Shown here one piece after another: positions 56,013 through 64,000 of a stretch of 64,000 nt of DNA (positions within the stretch are counted from its first letter, which is position 1; each line of letters starts with the position of its first letter). Where the stretch lies: the NCBI GenBank assembly GCA_964016885.1, contig OZ024743.1, positions 367,474,001-367,538,000 of the forward strand. The letters are read 5' to 3'. Made by a program: the position numbers and the translations under genes. Below the pieces are notes generated by a model. That model was not told the origin of the DNA, did no database searches, and saw nothing but the letters and a program-made list of their open reading frames with translations. The DNA comes from Eledone cirrhosa. Taxonomy: Eukaryota.

Positions 56013-57351
56013 TATGTGGGATTTTCATATACTAGACGACTGTTCACTAACATATCTTAGTTTCTAGATTAGCATGTCATTCCATATTCATCTCAGCTTT
56101 CTAGTGTCATTCACTTTAAAATACATAACATAAAACAGCTATTTTCATCATTTCTGTAGACTTCAATCATTTGAAAAAAACATTTTTAAAGTGTTAAACT
56201 TTTAATATATTTCTGTATAGATAGTTCAGAGGCACAAGGTAAACAACTAACATATTTCTACAATTACAATTACACTCCAGCAATAGCAGAGCATTAATGA
56301 GCAAAGGATCCTCTATACAGTTGTTCAACCTACAGCATCCAAATCTTCCCCCTATCACATACTATTGCTTTAGAAAAGAGGGATAAGTTGGACAATATGG
56401 TCCTGGGTGTACTGTGTCTGAGGAAACGATGGGATAATTATGGTTGGAATGCCAACCAGGGATAGTCGAGGACTAACTACAACAGTAACAAACACATGTT
56501 AATGAAACTAAATAAAGCTATAATTTATACAATGCTATATATTTATGTTATCTTATAATTTACAAACAATAGCATTTTTGGATACAAGTTTTCTTAACCA
56601 ATCACAGCATTTATGATAATTACAGTAATCAGGGAATGTCTCTCAGTGTATAGGAAACATCAGAGAACTTTGTAAAGCATGTTTTTTTTTCTTTTGAAGT
56701 GAGGGTGTGATTTATTACATTTTTTTTGCCAATGATGCATACACACAGCAAAAGATATACACACACATCCATACAGGGCTATACAACAACAGCAACTACT
56801 ACTACTACTACTATAACAACTATGCCATACCTATTTGTACTACACTAACAAGCTTTCCCTTTCAAAGGTAGTGGAACTCCTACTGCTATTCTCTTTGCAC
56901 AGCAGTTATAGAAAGCAGACAAAACATTTCCCTTAAACTGTGAATCAGCATGAACTGTGTTGGACACCACTTATCAATAGGCTGCACTCATCTTATTTGA
57001 AATCAATTAACAAATCAATAAACAGTTTTTATTCCTTGAGTGAATTAGGTGTGTGTGTGTTATTAAGAATTATGAGTGTATACATGAATTTCATATAGAG
57101 GTAACTATGTGAACATATTGATATAGGTTTAAAAATATGTAAAAAAATCTATTTATTAAGGAAACAAAAAAGAGTACAGAGTAGAGTAATACAGTAAATA
57201 CAAATAATTCAAGCAAAAGGTGCAAGAAATAGGGGACTGCAGCAGACTTATGAAACAAAACAAACAAGATGCCTTTATAACAACAGCATTGCTGACCAGA
57301 ATTTAATAATGTTTGCATTGTAGTGTGTTCTTGAACACAGATTAATTGCAA

Positions 57352-57392
<41 letters not shown>

Positions 57393-57955
57393 GACCTTGC
57401 AGGGACTCTATATCTTTATGATGTATTGTTTTTGTTTATGCCACGAAACTACGTAGTCGAGGAATCTAGGAGCAGTTTAGGTATGATACATTTTATTACT
57501 AATTATATCTAAATGTTCCTTCTCTCTTCATAATGTATTTTTAACTCTGATACTGGTTCAGTCTGGTTCAACCGGATTGGTCTGTCCCAGTCATTCATTG
57601 AGCAACATCGGTGAGGTTGGCACCCTTAACTCACGGTTGGGTATGGATGCATTGATGTATATGTGTGTGTCCGCATGTATCTGTGTGTTTCTAAATATAA
57701 ACTCCCTCTGGTTGAGTAATCTTTGAAGTGTGGTGGCTGCTGGAAAGCTGCCATTACTCATACTTCTCGCCCCCTTCACCACCTCTTCTACGGCTTCGAT
57801 TTGAATACCCCCCTCCGCCTCTGTGGTATTTTCTTCGGGGTTATAAGAGGCTTAGCTCTGTTTCTCGACCGTTATATCGCGTGACTATCTCCCCCTCCGC
57901 CTTTTGGGATTCTTTCTCACGTCGTGTAGACGCGTTCTTGAGACTAGTAAAATGA

Positions 57956-58053
57956 GGTATCCTCTTGATAAGTCGGCAGACCTCGCAGGGACTCTATATC
58001 TTTATGATGTATTGTTTTTGTTTATGCCACGAAACTACGTAGTCGAGGAATCT
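57956..58053 (+). ncRNA. Type I hammerhead ribozyme, U3-A8 core variant
   Basis: Stem I AGGT-A-TCCTC / GAGGA-ATCT; core TTGATAA (57965-57971); stem II GT(C)GGCA / TGCCAC with a long loop; GAAA (58031-58034); stem III ACTA-CG-TAGT; GTC triplet, predicted cut after 58044. Confidence 0.85.
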
Positions 58054-58543
58054 AGGAGCAGTTTAGGTATGATACATTACTAATTATATCTAAATGTTCC
58101 TTCTCTCTTCATAATGTATTTTTAACTCTGATACTGGTTCAGTCTGGTTCAACCGGATTGGTCTGTCCCAGTCATTCATTGAGCAACATCGGTGAGGTTG
58201 GCACCCTTAACTCACGGTTGGGTGTGGATGCATTCATGTATATGTGTGTGTCCGCATGTATCTGTGTGTTTCTAAATATATTGTTAATAACTCCCTCTGG
58301 TTGAGTAATCTTTGAAGTGTGGTGGCTGCTGGAAAGCTGCCATTACTCATACTTCTCACCTCCTTCACCACCTCTTCTACGGCTTCGATTTGAATACCCC
58401 CTCCGCCTCTGTGGTATTTTCTTCAGGGTTATAAGAGGCTTAGCTCTGTTTCTCGACCATTATATCACATGACTATCTCCCCCTCCGCCTTTTGGGATTC
58501 TTTCTCACGTCGTGTAGACGCGTTCTTGAGACTAGTAAAATGA

Positions 58544-58641
58544 GGTATCCTCTTGATAAGTCGGCAGACCTCGCAGGGACTCTATATCTTTATGATGTAT
58601 TGTTTTTGTTTATGCCACGAAACTACGTAGTCGAGGAATCT
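58544..58641 (+). ncRNA. Type I hammerhead ribozyme, U3-A8 core variant (second full copy)
   Basis: Same sequence as the 57956-58053 motif. TTGATAA at 58553-58559, predicted cut after 58632. A third copy at 57389-57467 has only the 3' half (GTC at 57456-57458). Confidence 0.85.
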
Positions 58642-58706
58642 AGGAGCAGTTTAGGTATGATACATTTTATTACTAATTATATCTAAATGTTCCTTCTCTC
58701 TTCATA

Positions 58707-58760
<54 letters not shown>

Positions 58761-58888
58761 CGAAGGAAATGTGGTAAGGAACCAGGTGGACCATAACGCA
58801 CCAAAGTACTCAATACTTAGGGTAGTAGAGTGGGTCCAGAATTAGCCGTCGAAACGGCTTGAGCTCAGCCGTCGGGGTCTTACTGGTT

Positions 58889-58926
<38 letters not shown>

Positions 58927-58959
58927 TAGGAATAACCAAAGAGTGCTTAGAAATACATT

Positions 58960-59021
58960 GTTTTATTAGCTAACAGTGTTTCATCCATACACCATGGCAG
59001 GAATCTTCAGAGCCTATAAAC
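58960..59021 (-). ncRNA. Minimal hammerhead ribozyme in the inverted pLTR copy
   Basis: Exact reverse complement of 62834-62895. Confidence 0.7.
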
Positions 59022-59650
59022 ATGAGTATATCAGTAGTTGCATGCTCCATTGAGCTGCATCACCAGAACAAGGTTAAATGACCAGCCGGGGGGTCCCGAG
59101 GCTAGTGCTATATGGAAAAAGACAGAATACATGATGCACATAATGTCATAAAATGTCCTAAAAATTAAAAAATAAAAAGTTAAAAATTACACCAAAAATG
59201 TATCACTTAGATTGTGCAATAGATGATAAAGAGGTTGGGAGAGGGTAGCAAGGGATGAGTGAGGGTATTACTCAGCATGATCAGAAACAATAAGAAAATA
59301 ATAAAAAATATAATAAAAAAAGTACAAAAATACAGGGATAAGAAAAGAGATACAAAACAATAAATGAACAAAAAGCCCGGAAACCCCCCCCAAAATATAT
59401 AAGACAAAGCAAAGCATAGATGCATCAAAGCACAAGCAGTGCAAAAAGAGGGTGTACAGGCAGATCAAGGGAGTTTGCAAGCATGAGTCTGTGAAAAGAA
59501 TTGTTGATTAGCAGTAATGCAGCCTTACATGTATGATAGTCCATATGAGGGATGGTGTACTCCAATTATATCGCCTTGTAACAGGTCGATTCTCCTTATC
59601 ATATCCGCACCCTACGAACCACATCGATATGTTCCAGTTCCGAATGCTAA

Positions 59651-60844
59651 AGATACTATAATGAAGCACTAGCAAAGTCCGGTTTTAGAGAAAAAATATA
59701 CTACATACATAACAACGCCCAAACCACCAGGGCCGGAAAATATAATGTAATCACACACAATATGGCATTGCCTAATAGAAGCGGACACAAATATAGGAAC
59801 TACACGGGTACTGTAGGCGGCTCTGACCAACCCCATGGGACTCCATTTAACATGCCTCATCGGTATGGCAATAACAATAACACTAGGATAAAAGCTAGAA
59901 AATTGAAGTGCAATGGGAAAGACAGGGAAGACTGTGAACCCCTCCAGGTAAAGTTACCACCCCAGGTTCTCTCTACCACGGAAGATGGGTTGTCTATGCC
60001 CAGCGCCAACTCTTCCCCTAGTAAGAAAAATAAGAAAAATAGACGAAGATCCAATTCCTACTTTAATCCACCTTACAACTCGGAGGTATCAACCAATATA
60101 CCAAAGGCATTCTTCTCAATCTTGGAAAAAAACTTCCCCCCCGGTAGTAAATACCATAGCATCATTAATAAAAACACAATTAAGCTATCATTCTCCACTA
60201 CTCCAAATCTAGCTCGTCACCTAGCCATAACGAACAACAAAAACATTAGAAAGGGTTTCGATACCATTGCAGGTGCGGCACACCGGCAACCACTAGATGG
60301 ACTTGATATGGCGTCACCCAGCAATACTATCCACACATCTGATGTATGGTTGCCAAATCTGGAACGCACGGAAAACCAAACATCTCCTGTGCCACAGACT
60401 CACATACAACAAAAATGTAACTGCAGACGAAAGGCGGACTGCCCCCTAAAGGGACAATGCCTTATAAACAATATTGTCTACGCATGTGATGTTACAACTC
60501 GGACCTCTTCCAAAACATATATAGGGTCTACATCGACCCCCTTTAAGACCAGATACAACTCCCATCGCTATACATTTAGACATGATAGACTTAAGAATAC
60601 TACATCCCTAGCTAGTTACATATCCCTCCTGAAGAACACTGATATTCAATACATGCTTGATTGGAGAATCATCACTAAATCATCGCAGTACAGACCCCCT
60701 AACAAGACCTGTGACCTTTGTCTCTCTGAATCACACGCCATAATACACTCCAAACTGAACCTGCTAAATAGGAAGTCGGAGATATTCTCTTCTTGCCCGC
60801 ACATAAATCTAAGCTCCTTCTATTATTTTAGACCAATTAGCTAA
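59651..60844 (+). CDS. PLE ORF remnant: RT thumb end, linker and GIY-YIG endonuclease (ORF track Met at 59762)
   Basis: Frame is open from the inversion junction (YYNEALAKSGFREKIYY). Then YFNPPYNSEVSTNIPKAF...NKNTIKLSFS, CNCRRKADCPLKGQCL, NIVY...YIGST...FKTRYNSH, and CDLCLSE...LLNRKSEIFSSCPH. No catalytic RT motifs remain. Confidence 0.85.
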   Translation, partial: RYYNEALAKSGFREKIYYIHNNAQTTRAGKYNVITHNMALPNRSGHKYRNYTGTVGGSDQPHGTPFNMPHRYGNNNNTRIKARKLKCNGKDREDCEPLQVKLPPQVLSTTEDGLSMPSANSSPSKKNKKNRRRSNSYFNPPYNSEVSTNIPKAFFSILEKNFPPGSKYHSIINKNTIKLSFSTTPNLARHLAITNNKNIRKGFDTIAGAAHRQPLDGLDMASPSNTIHTSDVWLPNLERTENQTSPVPQTHIQQKCNCRRKADCPLKGQCLINNIVYACDVTTRTSSKTYIGSTSTPFKTRYNSHRYTFRHDRLKNTTSLASYISLLKNTDIQYMLDWRIITKSSQYRPPNKTCDLCLSESHAIIHSKLNLLNRKSEIFSSCPHINLSSFYYFRPIS

Positions 60845-62833
60845 CGCTGTAGGACCTGCATACCTCCGTCCTGTCTGGCCTACGTAAAACCACGCCGCAC
60901 TGCATCCTGGTTCCTTTGTGACGTTAACTGCCCTTCAGGTGCATATAGACTACTCTAATACCTCTTCTCTTCACCCCCTCTCTTACTTTTCTTTTTCTCT
61001 TCCCTGGTTCATCTTATTGGACCACAAGCCAAGAACCCTGGGGTGGAACCCACTTAAGGCTTTACACTATACCTAGCTTAGTTTGACCCTATATAGGCAT
61101 ATACCCACACTAACCATGTTAGTATGGTTTATAAACACACCCATTGTGCGATAACTGATAGCACAGCACTATAGTCTGTCGAAAGCCCAGAAAACCCCGC
61201 CGCAGCTATAAAGCGGGTGAATTGGGCACCCGGGCTCTAGTTAACCTTAACCTTAAAGTGTGTAATAGATCTAACCTAGTATAGTGAACTATGGTAGCAA
61301 GTCGTGTGGGCTGGGCGCTGCTGAATCGACCTAGCCCCAGGGGGAAGGGGAGGTTGATCACCGGGGGCTTCGAATCAAACAAAAGACTCGCCCCTAGCAC
61401 CGCGTTGGATATCAAATGAATCCGCCCTTTATGATGCCAATTGCCTCCCATACCTTTCATACGTACACTACGACTTCCTGTATTTATATTCAGACTACCG
61501 TTGTGTGTCAATAGCGAGAGACTAATCTTTGAAGCTTGGAGTTGGTTGAATGTGAATTCTGTTCCAGCTTTGATGAATTATAGAACCACACTCAAGGCAA
61601 AGTGCAGCACTGGATATTGAACTCCCGCCAACCCAGGAGGGGTCACACCCGACTGTGAATGGATTGCACACTTCGGGATTAATAATTTAAATGAAAACCA
61701 CGTGGCGGAAATACAAATAACATAGCTGTCATAGACGAGTTTGGTTGAGAGTTGTCCCTTCTATATCTATATATTCTACAGAAATTTGCACTCACTATAA
61801 TAAACCTGCCTATTATTATAACAATATATGCTCATTCTGCCATATGTGATTCTAGAAGCGGAGTTTCCTGTATACACTTTTTCTCTGTATGTAACAGGAT
61901 CGCCATCATGATTTGTATTTACTGTGGTACAGTTGTATGCGGTGCGGTACATTGGTTGAACGCCAACTTGGACATACAGTGAATTTCACCTGGCACGTTG
62001 GATTGAGTGACCGAATGTTTTCCATTTCCTTACATCTGTGCCGGCTGTATATGTGCCATAAATCTCTTTAACTCGTCGTACCTTCTTTTATTTTTTATTG
62101 TAGATTTTAGGTGTATATCCCAGACCGCTTATGGTGATAAATCCCCTGGGTATAGGTTTTGGAAAAATAGTGTTATCTTACTTAGCGTTCGGAACTGGAA
62201 CATATCGATGTGGTTCGTAGGGTGCGGATATGATAAGGAGAATCGACCTGTTACAAGGCGATATAATTGGAGTACACCATCCCTCATATGGACTATCATA
62301 CATGTAAGGCTGCATTACTGCTAATCAACAATTCTTTTCACAGATTCATGCTTGCAAACTCCCTTGATCTGCCTGTACACCCTCTTTTTACATTGCTTGT
62401 GCTTTGATGCATCTATGCTTTGCTTTGTCTTATATATTTTTGGGGGGTTTCCGGGCTTTTTGTTCCTTTATTGTTTTGTATTATTGTATTTATCTCTTTT
62501 CTTATCCCTGTATTTTTGTACTTTTTTATTATATTTTTTAATTTTCTTATTGTTTCTGATCATGCTGAGTAATACCCTCACTCATCCCTTGCTACCCTCT
62601 CCCAACCTCTTTATCATCTATTGCACAATCTAAGTGATACATTTTTGGTGTAATTTTTAATTATTAATTTTTAATTTTTTTATTTTTTAATTTTTAGGAC
62701 ATTTTATGACATTATGTGCATCATGTATTCTGTCTTTTTCCATATAGTGCTAGCCTCAGAACCCCCCTGCTGGTCATTTAACCTTGTTCTGGTGATGCAG
62801 CTCGATGGAGCATGCAACTACTGATATACTCAT

Positions 62834-62895
62834 GTTTATAGGCTCTGAAGATTCCTGCCATGGTGTATGGATGAAACACTGTTAGCTAATAAAAC
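62834..62895 (+). ncRNA. Minimal type I hammerhead ribozyme in pLTR
   Basis: TTTATAGGCT-CTGAAGA-(T-TCC...GGA-T)-GAAAC-ACT-GTT|AGCTAATAAA. Stem I pairs with one mismatch, stem III is minimal, triplet GUU, overlapped by AATAAA. The stem II closing pair is U.U (imperfect). Confidence 0.7.
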
Positions 62896-63744
62896 AATGT
62901 ATTTCTAAGCACTCTTTGGTTATTCCTATAACTATAACGGCTCTGTAGTATACTAGTTATCCTACACTGAGCTAAAACAACACTGTCATATTGATATATT
63001 TGTCAACGAAATATATATAAAGAGAAAGAGGTATTAATGTTTCAGAAATACACTTAAAAATTGCATTGATTATTTCTAATGTAAAAGTGATAGATGCCAT
63101 TTTCTTAATGGGAACTGTTGGACAAAGTGATAACAATCAGGGGTAAGGTTCTAAAGTTCCAATTATTTAATTTAAGTAAGCATTATGATAGTCTTTAGAC
63201 TACTTTTCACTCCATTCACCTGTCATTTCTAGAATGTTCTATAGTTTCAATTTGGATATTGTTTTAGTGGGGATGCTGATGTAAGAAGAAGACAATCAAT
63301 GGAATAAGGAATAGCAGGTCAAACTCTTCTTCTATTTCTTCGTCCATTCATTCCTGGGAGGGTCGTGGGGATAGAGTAATCAGACATGTCTTCCTGAGGG
63401 TTCTGTCAGAAGCAACTGTCTCCAATTGATTCCATTGGATCTTTAAATGAGACCACCTCAGCTTATGGATATTATCCAACTATCTTTTTTGTGGTCTATA
63501 TCTGGGTCTTCTACTGGTTGGCTTTGCCTGCAAAATCTGCCTAGCAATTCTAACTCCATGTCTGTAGTACCGGAGCTATGATCTCTTGATGCAGTGAAGT
63601 AGTGGGTCTACTTGGAGTGATGCCCTGATCTCCAAGCTGTGCACCTTATCAAGTAATATTACTCGAAATATCCTTCAGAGGATCCCCATTTTGACTGCTT
63701 GTATTTGTGATCATATTCTCTATTTTGCAAATATTTATAACATA

Positions 63745-64000
63745 CTAGCTGATGTACCCAGCTTCATCCGGGTAAACAGATGATAAGAGAAGACAGGTAA
63801 AAGAGAAAATGACTGTATCAGATGCGTTGTCTGGTTTACAGTATGAAGCAAGACCGTGGTGTATATGTGTGTGACAAAAAAACAAAACAAAAAAAAAAGC
63901 AGTAAAAAATCTTCCAGATACACCAGGTTCTTGTTTTACCATTCCTGCATAGTATATGAAGATTTATAGGTGTTCCCACTCGTGAACAATCTGCATATAA
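63745..64000 (-). mobile_element. 3' end of a second Helitron (runs off the window)
   Basis: Minus strand ACCCGG-ATGAAG-CTGGGT hairpin, then ACATCAG-CTAG|T. Confidence 0.6.

Larger units (their letters stand above)
57389..58710 (+). mobile_element. Non-coding tandem array of ~587-bp units with hammerhead ribozymes (retrozyme-like / non-autonomous Penelope-like repeat)
   Basis: Units 57389-57974, 57975-58562 and a partial 58563-58710 are nearly identical. Flanked on both sides by (TA)n. No credible ORF. An HHR spans each unit junction. Confidence 0.85.
58919..63010 (+). mobile_element. Penelope-like element (Naiad-like), 5'-truncated, with inverted pLTR
   Basis: GIY-YIG ORF. 58919-59650 is the reverse complement of 62182-62936. 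An HHR lies in each repeat. Short tail to ~63010, then TA repeats; a (TA)n tract lies on the left. Confidence 0.85.

Noticed and set aside
57728-57955. 75-aa ORF in the tandem unit
   Set aside because: Non-ATG start and no recognisable motif; the unit is better explained as structured RNA.
59207-59480. Hydrophobic ORFs 59207-59480 (-) and 62352-62633 (+) that look like small membrane proteins
   Set aside because: They come from T-rich pLTR sequence, and indels between the two copies shift the frame.
60415-60800. Possible selenoprotein-type PLE endonuclease
   Set aside because: No in-frame TGA in the ORF; all conserved Cys positions are TGT or TGC.

Overview
AT-rich, repeat-dense eukaryotic DNA. 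The tRNA-derived SINE family and the LINE mix suggest a mollusc, probably an octopod cephalopod (inference). The only host gene I can support is a TMEM245 orthologue on the minus strand: five small, phase-compatible exons between 27.7 and 54.05 kb, with very long introns. The rest is intronic transposon material: CR1-, RTE-, Tx1/L1-, Dong/R4- and CRE-like LINE fragments, many SINE copies, two non-autonomous Helitrons, a mariner-type MITE and simple repeats. The most striking content is a cluster of type I hammerhead ribozyme (HHR) motifs at 51.5-63 kb. (i) A non-coding ~587-bp tandem array (57389-58710) sits inside (TA)n, and each unit junction carries an HHR with a compensatory U3-A8 core; this is a retrozyme-like, possibly circRNA-producing element. 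(ii) A 5'-truncated, 5'-inverted Penelope-like element has an open GIY-YIG ORF and ~730-750-bp inverted pLTRs, each with a minimal HHR. (iii) A solo minimal HHR lies in the same sense as the TMEM245 pre-mRNA, and two further partial or decayed HHR-like motifs are nearby. All structures were folded by eye; no cleavage or expression is shown.
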